From: Chiloscyllium plagiosum
Lineage: Eukaryota
Length of the DNA: 64,000 bases
Direction of reading: 5' to 3'
Assembly (NCBI RefSeq): GCF_004010195.1
Contig: NC_057740.1
Span: 33,399,703-33,463,702, forward strand
The first letter of the stretch is position 1. The number at the start of each line of letters is the position of its first letter. This document shows positions 38,410 to 52,040 of the stretch, in pieces. A model generated the notes under the pieces. It was not told where the DNA came from. It did not search any database and worked only from the letters and a program-made list of their open reading frames with translations. Made by a program: the position numbers and the translations under genes.

Positions 38410-39017
38410 TTACGGCAATGTTGACCTGATACAGTATTACAGTTTAATGAAGCAATGAGATCTGCACTACATGGACTGGAATGTACTGAAACCAAATGAT
38501 GTGATATCCAGCTGGTATTCCTTTCACGTTATGTTTGGCGTTTGACACCAGGCAGTATAACTCCAGTCTGGCATGGAGCTGGATTTCAAATGTTAGACCT
38601 CTTGACTACATCATACCTCTGTCAGATTCTTTGTTTAAAATGTTGGGGATGCAAACATTTTTTTAAAATTGGCTGAATTGAAAATACCCATACAGTACAC
38701 TTATACTTATATATACACTGAGTTCTTTTGAATGGACAGCATGGGATTCACAATCCATGGTAGTATTGGCTGATCTTTTACACTGTATATCCACAAGGTT
38801 TTATATTTGTGTATTGGCACTGCTTCCAGTCAGATTGAGGTACAGTGTGACAGATGCCCCATTTTCCTATGTGTTTATAAATTACTCTTGATGATCCTGT
38901 CCAGATTATGTTATGATATGAAGATGTGACATGAACTTGGACCTTCAGGCCCGGAGGTAGTGATGTTACTACTGTATCACATGACCACCCCTCTGTAATA
39001 TCATTAGAATCAGAATG

Positions 39018-39122
39018 TCTTTGTGTCCTTGATATGCTACTTTACAGAATTGAACCACATTTGTGACTATGTATACATAAAAACTTTTTTATGAATAAGT
39101 ATATTTTTGAAAGTTAAAAAAA
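39018..39122 (+). mobile_element. Short Tx1/L1-type 3' end with A tail
   Basis: 18-bp TSD with one mismatch (39000-39017 and 39123-39140); the tail TTATGAATAA..ATATTTTTGAAA..An resembles 30820-30855. Confidence 0.7.
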
Positions 39123-40104
39123 ATCATTAGAACCAGAATGCTTGTTTGCCCAGGCTGGCCTAGTAGATTCCCAAAACATTACCATGAAGGTAATAGGTGT
39201 GGACTTTTCCATCTGATGGGCTGGTTACACAAGTTAAACAATCGCCAAATTAAATAGGAATCAAATTATCCTGATAACCCCAAGCACTTTCAGAAACAAC
39301 ACTATGGCCATCCAACTGGAGATGTTAGTGAACCTCCCACTGATGATTCAGATTTTGTGATGCAAGTGAAGATTATAATGTACTGAAAAGTGACACACCT
39401 CAATACTCCTGGCATTGGAAAGAATGACTTTCATTTTCATAGCACCTTTCATAACCTCAACTTACCCAAATAAAAATAAAACATTATAGCTCAGAAAATA
39501 GATTTGAAATCAATGTAGTCACTTATTTTAAAGTAAGAACCCAGCATAGTCACCTTCGCTAATATCACCTGATGTAGCCTTGTATCAAATGTTGTCTCAA
39601 AGCACTTTTGGATTGGTTTTCTTCTACATTAAATGGGAGGGTCATATCAGTGAAAGTTGAAGTTGCAGTTCTAAGGTTTGCAGAGGTGCAACACCGTTTA
39701 CTTTAACACATCATTCTCGGCACTGAGCAGTAATCACTAACTTAAGAGAACTGGAAACGTGTTTTCATTCATGGGATGGAGGCATCACTGGATGGGGCAG
39801 CATTTATTGCCCATCTGTGATTGCCCTGCAGAAGGTGCTTATGATCTGCTTTCTTGAACCACCACAGTTCTTGAGGGGATGGGATGCAGAGGGGGGTACA
39901 CCCATAAAGGAGGAGTTCCAGGTTTTGGCAACAGTGAAGGAGTAGTGATATAGTTTCAAGTCAGGAAGTGGGTTGGAGGCGGTCTTGCAAGTATAATTGT
40001 TTCCATGCATCCTTGTCCTTCAAGTTGGTAGAGGCCTTCGATTTGGAACATGAATGGCTTGGTTAAAAAAAAGCAATTCATTGCTTCCATGCATCTTGTA
40101 ATAC

Positions 40105-40731
40105 TGTTGTGGACTAGGTCAGACCACTCAAAACATTCTTAACCAGGCAGCCCAGACTGTAACTTTGTTACTTGTTTTGCTAAGTGTACAGTGAAAATTA
40201 TCCAGAGTAAGTTAGCAAGGTTGACTACCAGGTTTTAAAACAGACAAAAAATTATTCACAAAATTATGGAATGAGACACAAAGAACAGAATATAGAATGC
40301 CCACAGAACTCAGTCAATCCAAACTATACTTAATAATGCTGTTCCAAAATATGCAGCAGTCCCAATAAACAAACCCCTTAAACACAGTAAAAATCAAATA
40401 AGGTCAAAGTTAGAAGGACAGAAGGAGAGAGAGTCTAGCAGCTTGTTCCCACACAGCCCCCTGCTGAACTGACTCAAACAAGACTTTAGCTTCCAGGACT
40501 GACCACTCCCTTTTCATTATACAGGTTACTTCTAAGACATGAAAGCAGTGGCCTAAAGTCTCATCTGTTTATGTATAAACAAAAAGGCGTCTTGGTAAAC
40601 CCTTTCATCTCTGTATCAAACCAGTCGATTCAGAGCCCAGACCTTTTTACAACCCATCTGAAAAAAAAGTCAAGGTCACAGTATCCTTGAGAAAAGGAAC
40701 AGTTTTTAAGAAAAGGACCAGCTTTGTGACA
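40105..40731. mobile_element. Solo LTR inserted in an L2-group LINE fragment
   Basis: TGTTGT...GTGACA ends; 4-bp flanks ATAC/ACAC; the host LINE continues on both sides. Confidence 0.6.
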
Positions 40732-40844
40732 ACACGTTGTTGCTGTGCATTAGTGGTGAGGGGATTGAATGAAGAGGGTGGCGGACGGAGTGACAATCAG
40801 GTGAGCTGCTTTGACCTGATGGTATCAAACTTCAGTTGTAGCAA

Positions 40845-41310
40845 CACTCATTCACTATCAACATCCTGGGTGTTATCATTGACCAGAAACTGAACTGGAC
40901 TAGACATTATAAAATCTGGCTGCATTTAAACACTAAATCAGGTCAGAAGCTACGTATTCCGCAGCAAGTAACTCACCTCTTTATTCCCCAAAGCCTATCC
41001 ACCATCTACAGAACACAAGCAAGTCAAGAGTATGTTGAAACATTACCGACTTGCCTGGGATGAGTGCAGTTCCAACAATACTCAAGAAGCTTGACACCAT
41101 CTAGGCAAAGCAGTTCGCTTGATTAGAGTCATATCCTTAAACATTCAAGATGCACTACAGAAATTCACCATAGACAGCATCTCCCGAACCCACCACCAAT
41201 TAACCGACAAAAGGTCACAGATACGGGAATACCACCACTTGAAAGTTCCTCTCCAATCCACTCAACTTCCTGACTTGGAAAGACATTGCCAGCATTCCTT
41301 CAAAGTGGAG
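40845..41310 (+). mobile_element. L2/CR1-group LINE fragment (9355 family)
   Basis: Reverse-complement similarity to 9560-10050. Confidence 0.7.
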
Positions 41311-43184
41311 GGTTGTTCATAGATATATCTGGTCTACTCAACCTTTGTTCAATATGCAATGAGTTTCATTTGACAGGAATATCAGGGAGATTATTGGAAA
41401 TACTGGTGATACTGGACAGTACATAAGATGTGCACAGCCTAAACAAACATGAGGTGTGATAAAAAAATTTGGTACTTTGAACATCAAAAGTAAAAACGAA
41501 ACTCTGCAATTTATTGTAATGGTAAGCACAGTGCTTTACAGGAAACAGAATGCTGTACTTCAGCAAATACAGGTGCAGCTTTTCCATTTCCAGTTATCTA
41601 AAGTGTTACTTATTTAATTGAAAACCTTCTTCCATTTTATCACCTCATATAGAGATATATTTGAGACTCAAACAAGCAATTGCATTTGCTTTTAATTTCA
41701 GTTTATAGAAGGAGTTGGTGATTTCCGAGCAGTAATTTAGTTCCAGCCCATTCCAGGAATTTTCAATCTCAATACTCCTCCTCTGCTTACTCTTAAATTT
41801 TTATCATCTGTGGTTTTAAAGGTCATTTTAACATTTAACAGATAAATGTACTTACTGCCTCGACTTTGTTTAACTTTAACAAAGCGTACCACTGGAGAAA
41901 GAAACAGATATGCAGGATCCAAGTTATGAGAGGAGCAAGGATATTTTAATTCGGAAGCACTTCAAACAGTATTGAAAGGGCTTTTGGAAACGTTTTGGTG
42001 TGTCATTATAAAAAAAAATGTATTCTCAGTGCTGAACACTGCAACAAACTGCTGCAATTCCAGGTAACTGACAAAATTGAGTGAAAAATATTTCAGGATC
42101 CATTTTCTTCCTTGAAGATGTCCAGCTCTCAATGAAAAATCATGGAACTGGCAGGTACTTCTATCGTTTTTCTTTTCCATAGAGCTGGCATGCTGAATGT
42201 GTTTATTTTAGATGCTATATAACTAGGATATTTTGTGTTTTGCTTTCATTTATGGTTTAGTATTTCATTTTCTGAAGGTCATTAACTGCTGCATTATTCC
42301 AGTATTTTATGTTTTCATTGACTTCCTACTTTCAACTCCAAACCCCACATAATTCAGAAAGGCTTTTCTACCCATTCCCACACTCTTGCTTCCAGTCTCC
42401 CCAGCTTATATCCTTGCCAACCATCCACTTTTTCCACAGTTGCCTGTTCGTCCAAGCAACATCTTCCAAGGAATGTCAGGTTCCACAAGCTCATCCAGCT
42501 CTACCTCAAGTCCATCTTTCTTAATCCTCCATTTCACACAATCTGCTTTTCTGACATCCAGTTTGTGGGGAGCAGAAATTTCCTTGAAATCTTTTCATCA
42601 AGATGAGAGCTGCTGTGTTCTATGTCTGTTAAAATACAAGCCCATTCCCTGGCACTTATTCCATTATTCCTCTCCCTTGCCACTCTCTGAAAGTGAACCT
42701 AGCCATTCATAACCTCTGCATGTTGTATCACCTTGAGCAGATTGAAATTTATATGAACTGTACCCAAACTTTTACCAAGCTCAGATCCCCATCATCGAAC
42801 TGCTCCCTAATCTAACAATACCTTAACTTTAAGATTCTCAATCTTGTAATAATACCCTCAATACCTTACCCTCTTTCGGCTCATTACCCCAAAAGGTCAA
42901 CATCACTCCACTCTCCTCAGATGTTGCTTGACCTGCTGAGCATTTCCAACATTTCTCTTTATACAGGAAGTACAGCAAAGACTCAGCACGTCTGGGAGAA
43001 TTTTATTCTGGCTTTGCAGCACCTTAAGTATTTTGGATCAATTGAGGACAGCTGATAATTCCCTCGGCAAAACAAATAGGATGAACAGACTTGACCTTAA
43101 ATTATGTAAAACATTGAATTGAAAGGCCTCAGTGTCTGTAAAAACTAACAGAGGAGAATGCTTGAGGGACAAATTCTAATCCAC

Positions 43185-43217
43185 CTGTTCTTTTTTTAAA
43201 TTGCTTTCTCCAAATAG
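43185..43217 (+). other. Splice acceptor 8 nt upstream of the connexin ATG
   Basis: Polypyrimidine tract ...TTGCTTTCTCCAAATAG; typical connexin layout of a 5'UTR intron followed by one coding exon. Confidence 0.65.
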
Positions 43218-43225
43218 AACTACAA

Positions 43226-43819
43226 ATGGATTCAGTCACGCAGATGACCTTGACTCTCCTGAGTGGCACAGGAGCCTATGCCTCACCTCGTGTCAAAAAC
43301 AGTTTGGCTCTAATCTTCGGCATTCGTTTCCTTGTGGTTATCATCAACACATTCACCATTTGGAAGGATGACCTGCTCGATCTGCAGTGTAATTCCACCC
43401 GGGTGGGCTGTCGCCACCAGTGTTATACCGAGTTTTCACCTCTGTCACCATTTACCTTATTCACACTGCAACTCGTGTTCATTTTCACCCTCTCGATGGC
43501 AAACTATTTATACAACAGTCTGTATGCATCAGAAGGCAGAGAATGGAAGACAGGCTTTATCAACATGCTTGCCAAAATACTAATTGAAGGATTCTTCCTC
43601 TTTTTGCATCATATGCTCTACCCAAATATACTGAGGCCACACATGTTTGAATGTCACATAACTCCCTGTGAGAAGACTGTGGTTTGTGTAATGTTGAAAA
43701 GCCAACAGAAAGATGTCTTTGTGATGTTTATGTACACATGTTCATTTGCTTCTCTCTTGCTTGGGGTAAGAGAGATATACTCTTCAGTAGCAAAACATAC
43801 TTTTAAAACCTACATATAA
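43226..43819 (+). CDS. Divergent short connexin (gap-junction family) protein, 197 aa
   Basis: Four hydrophobic segments; EL1 C-X6-C-X3-C (C55, C62, C66) and EL2 C-X4-C-X5-C (C143, C148, C154); R34, WKDD, LQL, K..IE, K.VF..FM and E183 match connexin consensus; intact ORF in repeat-free DNA. Confidence 0.88.
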   Translation: MDSVTQMTLTLLSGTGAYASPRVKNSLALIFGIRFLVVIINTFTIWKDDLLDLQCNSTRVGCRHQCYTEFSPLSPFTLFTLQLVFIFTLSMANYLYNSLYASEGREWKTGFINMLAKILIEGFFLFLHHMLYPNILRPHMFECHITPCEKTVVCVMLKSQQKDVFVMFMYTCSFASLLLGVREIYSSVAKHTFKTYI

Positions 43820-43940
43820 TATACAGCCTGGATATTACTTTTTTTTAACATATACAATGTACTTACAGATTATATTCATATTGCAAGCAACCTTGTCATC
43901 TCCACATTAATTAGTCTGATTGCAAATTAACTTTCTGGTC

Positions 43941-43946
43941 AATAAA
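43941..43946 (+). terminator. Candidate polyA signal of the connexin gene
   Basis: AATAAA 122 nt after the stop, followed by a GT-rich tract. Confidence 0.6.
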
Positions 43947-46900
43947 TCAGGGGTTTGATGTTTGGTTGGCGGTTAATGAGAAGTGGGCTTATGCTCAAGC
44001 ATATCACATGAAGGTTAATTACGCATGAAGAATAGAGATTGGGTAGTCAGGATTTGTGTAATGTTACACATGGAAAGAATAATCTCATCCAGTTGCAATA
44101 ATTAGTGTTGAAGAAAGAAAGATTGTTGGGTTAGGTACTAAAGCAACAATAAAAGCGAAGGAAAGGGCACAGAAATAGAATGGGTTTTCTCTTCATAGAA
44201 ATGATCGATGATTGCCCAACCTTTACACCAAATTTCATATTGCTCCTTAAAAATTTTTGTCCAACCTCCTTTAAAATGTGCCCTTCTATTCAAGAAACAT
44301 TACTTAAAAACTTGGTCAGAGGTAGGTTTCAGGAATCCTCATGAAGCAGAGGGAGGAAAAAAAAAGTTAGTGTGTGCGTGGGCAGGGAGGGACACAACTG
44401 ATAGTTTTTAGGCCGTTGCAGTCAAAGGTAGTCACTAATAGGTAAACAAGTAAAATCAAGGTTATGAAGCTCAGATATCTGATTGTAGGGGAGGACATGG
44501 TGAGAGCTCTGAGGAAGAGTAAAACAAGAATAAAATTTGATAACGATGTATATTATAATATCATGGTATTCCTTCACTGGGAGCTAGTGTAGGTCAACAA
44601 GAGCCGCAGCATAAAGAAAAATCATCTTAATTTTTGCAACAATGCCTCCCTTTGCCTTCTTACAATAATAAATATTTTGGAACTGGTTAGAACCCCCTCA
44701 TTACCTATTCCCATGAGCTTCAGTACTTTGTGAATTTTCATTGTTTAACAGGTTTGCACAATATTGGAATTGGAATCTTCCTTTTTTTCCTATGAATGTA
44801 ATCCTTTGCTTGCTTGCTTGCTGCATTAAATGTGTCAACATGTAAAACCCAGAATCTTCCACCTTTAAGGACCTACACACTACAGATTACAAGGCAACAC
44901 ACAGCAGAGGGACCAATTGATGAAAACTTCCTACTTGTTTAGTATTTTCTTTCCTTCAGAATAAAAAACACATCTACTTCAGTTGCAATTTGTTTTGCAA
45001 ATTATTATGGCTTACAGATTCAAATTGGGGTATTCAAAAAGGAACAAGGCAGTTATTTGAAAAGGAACAATGTGCAAGACTATGGAGAGAAGACAAAAAG
45101 AATGGCCTTGAGCAAGATGCTCATTTGGAGAGCACTGGTATAGGTCTGATGGGCTGAATGGCCTCCTTCCACACTGTAACAATTTTGTGGATGGGGAATT
45201 TAAATTTTAGAGGTTGAGGTTGACCTACCATTCAGGTCCATCCTCAGCTTACTGCTGCACATTTTGAAATATAAAACTAGCAGCTGGAGTAAACTATTCA
45301 ACCTCTGACTCTGTACCATCATTCAGCATGAGTATGCTAATCCTCTACCTTAAAGCTTCATTTTGAAACACTCTCTCTCCATACCTTTTTCACAGTTTTA
45401 CTACCGAGTGAAGAAATGTTTTCTTATCTCAGCCATTAGAATTTTGCACATTTTGATCAGATCCCCTCTCAACCTTCTAAACTCTGATGAATATAGCCCA
45501 GTCAAACCAATCTCTCCTCATTAGGACAGTCCTGCCAACCTTGATATCAGCCAAGTGAACTGCACTTCCTCTATGAAAAGTGTATCCTCCCTCAGAGTAT
45601 CACGTGCAATTCTGGTCTTCCTTCCTAAGCTGAGGTCTCACCAATACCTTGGGTGTCTGGATAAGATGCTCTTCGGAGGTTCAGTACAAACTGAATGAAC
45701 TGAACAGCCTCTATCGGCAATGTAGACATTTATGATTCTACATTTATGAAAATAAATTCCAGATTTGTTAAAGTATGATTTGCCTTTCACAAACACATGC
45801 TGGCTTTGTGTAATCCCAATGTTTTCCAAATATTCTGTTATCACAATTTTTATAATACTACTGTGTGGGTTCAATTCACACACCAGTTGACATTACAATG
45901 AAGGATTCTACTTCTCAAATTCTACCCTCGCCTGAGGTCTGGCGATCATCAAGTTAAACTGCTACCAGGTGTCTCTCTCACAAGAGACTAGCCTATGGTC
46001 CAGGAAGACATTAGCAACTTTACCTGTGTATTCCATATATCTCATTTCTTATTTATTGCCTTCCTTAACATCTCTACGACTACATGAGGGCCTATTTTGC
46101 CGCTTGATGTTTCTGATTTCCACCTATATATTTCCACATGATTTTCCAAGCCAATATTCTGTCTCTCTAACTCTCACTGCATTGAAATACTTTTATCAAT
46201 AATACTAACCCACCTCCTTTCCTTTTTTTGTCTGTCCTTCCTAAATAATGAATACCCCTGGATATTCAGTTCGCATCCTTGGTAATCCTTCAGCAATACC
46301 TCTGTAAACTGCAACTATTTATAGACATTTGCAGCGAATTCATCTACTTTATTGAAAATGCTTCACACGTAATGGCACAAATCCTTTAGACCTGTCTTTT
46401 TAACCTTGTTAGTCATCTTAGCTTTATTTTGCAGCATGGCCCCATTTATTTTCCAGACTTATTTTCTCATCTTTCCACATTTGCTTCTTATGTTTGTCTT
46501 TAGTTTCTATCCTCTCCCTGCTGAAGTTAGCAACCCCCTGCCATTCTCATTTAAACCATTCTCTACAGCACCAACAATTTCTTCTCCCTCACAACATATC
46601 TTCTGTAGCTGCAGAAACATGTCTGTTCCCTTTACTACCTAATCTTCTATCACTCTAGTCCTGTCATTCAACCTCTTTCTCTCATTCTCAACACAGCTAC
46701 CCATAATCCTATGAGCTTGGCTTCCACTGCTATCCCAAGAAGTCATCTGACACAATAAGCATTGAAAAACACGTATCTTACAGAGCATGCTATCCACAAC
46801 AACCTCAGTATCACTCCAGAGTCCAACTGCTGCTCTAGCTCCTGACTGCAATGAGATCAGCATTAAACCTTCCTCTGTGTCAATCTCTACTGTGCAAGGT

Positions 46901-47417
46901 TTCTTTACAATTGTTCTCAAATGTCTCCACTTGAGACAGATTTCAGGCATTCTTATTTCTTCAAAGATTTCACCCAGCGCAGACCTCCCCATGGGAGGAC
47001 AGAACATAAGGAATTCTGATGCCAATTATCAGACATCTCCACAATTTCACTGAGTTATCAAATCTAGCCCCTATTGTTCTGATCCATAAAGCTGGATGAA
47101 ATTCCAGCTCAAATTCCCGATCTATCTGCTGTGAAAGAGAGGGCTCATTCCCCGCTTACACAATAAGTCCTCAAAAATGTTGCAGAACAACTTAGATATC
47201 AGAGTTTTGCTTGAATTCTCATAAAAAGACCTAAAAGGATCAAAGCAAAAATGTATTTAAACTTATTGCAAAAAGACCCAAGCAAAAGACAAACAGAATG
47301 CCTGATAAATGCATGCAGAGGAAATATTTATGTTCCAACCTAGAGTGCAAGAAGTAAGAAAGCTGTTAAACTGCTCATCCAAAGAATAATGACAAAGTTA
47401 AGTTCAGTGAAATAAGT

Positions 47418-47423
47418 TTTATT
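47418..47423 (-). terminator. RPS15: RPS15 polyA signal
   Basis: AATAAA on the minus strand 24 nt after the stop. Confidence 0.85.
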
Positions 47424-47446
47424 TACACATTTCCATTGCAAACTGT

Positions 47447-47635
<189 letters not shown>

Positions 47636-48280
47636 TCAAGACACAGCTGGATTGGACTCGATTGTTAAAGTACGAAATACAGTTGTGATCTGTATATTCT
47701 CCTTCACCTTGTAAGTGTCAAATGAAACAAAGTTAAATTATTGCTTATGATGGCTTCCATGCTTGCGAGAAAAACTTATACCTTTCGATCTTTAAAAGAA
47801 GTATAATGACATTGACTTTATAAAATGATGGCACCATGAGCTGGATACAAAGAAAAATGGAGACAGGAGTGTAAAAGCCAGTAATTAGGTTAGTGCAACA
47901 TGAGGCTACACATCTAGTCCATACACACGATCAGTGCATCAACACTGATCCCATCACTGACTTCTGGTTTCAGAAGGCATACCATCAAAGCAGAAGAAAA
48001 ATAATAAAGAGGATGCACAGCCTTTACGACACATAAAAATCCCACAAATTTGGTAAAGATTGTAGTCATAATTAAGCAAATGATTAGCTAACTGTTTCTT
48101 GACTGAATGAAATAAGTTTGCCTGGACTTACTAAAGGTCAGATGTACCTTACTATCCACCTGCACTGATGACATTTTAGCTTTTGAAATTTTCATTGCAA
48201 TGTAGGACCAGGAGTAGGCCAATCAGTCCATCGAACCTGCTCTGTCATGCAATTTGTTCATAGTTAACCTCAATGCAATA

Positions 48281-48451
48281 CACGTTGTTCTGGTATAAAC
48301 GTGTTTCATCAATGCAAATTGGCTGTAAGGTGATTGACGATTTGTGACTGCTGTTTGGATAACCTAAATGGGTATAGCAATTTTATACAGCAGTTTCCAT
48401 AGCACAAGGTTGCAGAGGAACACAACTGAAGCATTATAGCAGAACAACCTG
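48281..48451. mobile_element. Tc1/mariner-type MITE in RPS15 intron 3
   Basis: TA-CACGTTGTTCTGGTATAA ... TTATAGCAGAACAACCTG-TA (TIRs and TA TSD). Confidence 0.75.
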
Positions 48452-49454
48452 TATTCCTGAAATGTATCTATTTCATCTGCTGTCAGTCTCCAGAGATCTA
48501 TCAATTTCTGTCATGAATATGCATAAAGGCCGAGGTTCCGTAGCCCTATTTCAAACAGTAGGATGGAAAGGTCAGCCACTTCTTTACCCCCACCAATAAA
48601 TGTAACATGGCTTCACTCCTCCTCCACCCTTTTCATAAGCCTACAGCACAACTACGTTTTGCATGGAGAATTATGCTATGATAATAAAGTTGACTTGCTT
48701 TCAGATACTTTTCCTCAAATTGTGAAATATACATACTGCCTTTCCAGAAGCATTAACTAATCCATATGCCAGTAGCCCTTTCTGCCATCTAAATCAGTCA
48801 TGAGAAAAAAATGGCTTTAAACTGTAACACACTTCTCTGGTGTTAAAAGCCATTCTGTCAACACTACAATAACTAAAACCACCAAAGGAGAGATCCAATT
48901 CCATTTCTCTGAAGACAAGGTACAACTCCAACACATTGCACCACACAGTGGCAGATTGGCAAGTTACGCCAAACAGTTCCATGCCATAGTAAAATAGACC
49001 TTCTGGTTGCAGTTACAGTGTAAGTAGTTTCATCAATGCAGCTCTTCCCCATCGCATCAACAAAATTCTACAGCACAAAATAGGTCAGCCATCACCATTA
49101 AACCGGCACCTATGATTTTTTCCTGTAAACCACTGAGACCTTATTATTGCATTTTGTATTATTTTATAACAAAGATCAAATTTCAGTCTCCTATTAAATT
49201 TCTAAATTAGTACATAATTTCTGGTGTGTACAAATGTTTTACTGCAATGATCTACAGCTTTCCTTTGCACAAGTGCATTGGCAGAGCTTTGTAGATATCT
49301 TCCCAGGCAGCCATTAATGGGCCTTAATCATTACAATGATCCTCCCATGGATTTGTTTTTAAATGGTACAGATTGACAAATGCCTTGGGCAGACTGGAAT
49401 ATGAACATAATTAGGTTAAGCAAACAGCAGGCACTGGGAAAAGAGATGAATTAT

Positions 49455-52040
49455 TCGGCACTGATTTCCCTTCTACTGACCTGCTTTTGTATCCACAGTA
49501 TATATACAGCTGGTCTAGTTCAGATTCTGGTCAATGGTTACCTGTGGATATTAACAGTAGGGGATTCAGCTCTGACAATGTCACTGAATAGTTCAATGGG
49601 GTGATGGTTCTATGCTCCTTATTGGAGATGTTCATTGTCTGACACTTAGATGACAAGTGACCTTTATGTCACACCTCAGCCCAAGCCTGAATATTGTCCA
49701 CATCTTGCTGGATTTGGAAACAGACTGCTTCAAAACGAGTTGTCGCTAGTAGTGCGAAACATTGTTTGCTAATGATTCCACATCACTGTCTCAGACCTCA
49801 TGATGACAGGAAGGTAACTGATGAAGCAGGTAAGGCTCTACACCATAAGTTACTACCTTGGAGGAATTCCTACAGAAACATCCTGCTGAGATGATTGACC
49901 TTTAAAACCACAACCATTTTTCCTTGGTGATAAGTATGACTCTAACCAATGGAGAGCTTACCCAAATTTCCAACAACTCCAGTTTTGCTAGGATTCCTTA
50001 CTGCCATTTGTCGGCAAATATAGGCTTGTGTCAAGGTCAGTCGCTGTCACTACCCCTCTGCAGGTCAACTCTTTTGTCTACACTTGGATGAAAGCTGCAA
50101 TGAGGTCAGAAGCTGAATGGCCTAGCAAAACCCAAATTGAGTGTCAGCAAACAGGGTATGATGGAGTAAAGCCACTTGACACCTTCCGTTACATTACTGA
50201 TGAGGATGACTGATATATTAGTATACCTGAGCAACTTCCCACACTACCAGGCAGATACCACTATTGTAATCATCCTGGAACAACTTCACACAAGTCGCAG
50301 CTCGGCCTGAAACACAAATCTTCAAAACTAGTTCTGGATTGCTGTCAAAGCCCATAGCCTTTGCAGTAACTAGTGCCTTCAGCCATTTGAAATATCATGT
50401 GGAGTGAATCAATTTGGCTGAAGACTGACATCTGTGGTGCTGAGGACCTCAGGAGGAAACAAAGATGGGTCACTCACTGAGCATCTCTGCTTGAAGACAG
50501 ATCTGGAAACAGACTTGTCTTTTACAATAAGGGGTGCTGGACTTCCCTAATATGGAGTATGGGCTTACTTGTGGAGGATTCTCTTCCAGAGAGTTATGAA
50601 TGGTGTTAGCCTATAAAATAACTCACAATGTGTAGCAGGACTGCAGAGTTTAGATCTGATCCGTGGTTGCTGGATCACTTAACTTTGTCTTACATTAAGC
50701 TGCTTCCATTGTCTGAAGTGTTAGTCTTGTACTATAGCTTCACTAAACTGACACTGGCTCCTGGTATGCCCTCCTGCACTCTTCAGTAAACCAGGGTCGA
50801 TTGCTTCACTTGGCCAAGTAATAGAGTAGCAGCTATACCAAACCACGAGATTACAGAATGTTGTTGAATACAATGCTAACTACGACCCACAAAACACCAT
50901 TGTCAATTAACTTTTATTTCAAACAGGGATAGCAAGTCAAAGTCATTCAGCATAGTAGTAATGCCACACAAAACTATGACGGCCACCTTCAATGTGGAGA
51001 TATACCAAGATCATCATGGACAGACATCTGTCATAGGTAGATGGGTGAGGACAAGGGAAAAATACACTTTCCCTTAACTGGTTACCTCACCACCTAATGC
51101 AAACCCAGTCTAGCACCTATGGCATGCATCCTAGGAGACCTAGACAGACAGCGGGTGCACTGGGCAGTAAGAGTCCAAGAATTCTTAAGATTCTGGAAAT
51201 GTCTGATAATGGGCATTAAACTAACTGGGCTATAGGTACTAGTTTACTGTCACCTTCCCTTTTCAAATAAATATTTTACATTGACATAAGGGATTTGAAT
51301 CCTCATGCATGAATCTTGAAACGCTGGCATTGAAGTTTAGCAGATTAAACAGGGAAAACAAATGGAATGCTGGTGTAAAATCCAAAGAAAATGGAGTATA
51401 AAAATAGGGAAATGAGAATTTTCCAGCAATTTTGTGGAATTCTTTACTGCAGAGGGCTGTAGAGGCTGGGCCATTAAGTACCTTCAAGGCTGAGATAAAC
51501 ATAAGGAACCAAGGGCAGTGGAGAAAAGATGAGGATCATCAGATTAGTTATAATCTCATTGATTAGTGGAGTACACTTGAAGGGCAAAATGGCCTGCTTC
51601 TGCTTCTAGATCTTTCTTGTGCCCTTTAAGACTATCCCAGTTTAGTCAGCTGTGGTCCTACTGAGTCACTCTTGGTAATGGACATCTCGCTGCCCTGAGT
51701 GCATTCTTCAAGGGTTGTTCAAAATGTAGGTGTGCTCATTGATCTACAGAGGGAGCAGTAGATTTCCTTGCCCAGATCTAACTTGATACCATGAGACTTG
51801 ATGAGGTCTACAGTAATGTTGAGGACTTCAAAAGCAATTCCCTCGCAGACTGTATACCATAGTGCCACCACCTCTGGTGGGTATGACCTGTCAGGGATGG
51901 CAATGGCAGCGTCTTGGACACTAAGGTTCAAGCCCCTGTGAATGACATTTTCAGGCACAAGCCCTGACACATCAGTGATTTGTTTGCAGGATTGGCAGGT
52001 CTTTGTATTGCTGTCATTTCCAGTGACTTGCGTCAATGTT
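49455..52040 (-). mobile_element. Long, heavily degenerate L2/CR1-group LINE (9355 family) with nested inserts, in RPS15 intron 3
   Basis: 49470-50060 is homologous to 9920-10510; a CR1 3' fragment is nested at about 51400-51610. Confidence 0.65.

Noticed and set aside
43226-43819. Naming the connexin GJE1/Cx23 or a GJB gene
   Set aside because: It has six extracellular cysteines and a single coding exon, unlike GJE1, and is too divergent to assign a symbol by eye
46639-47053. 128-aa and 88-aa overlapping ORFs between the connexin and RPS15
   Set aside because: No recognisable motifs; they lie at the end of a degenerate LINE-like stretch
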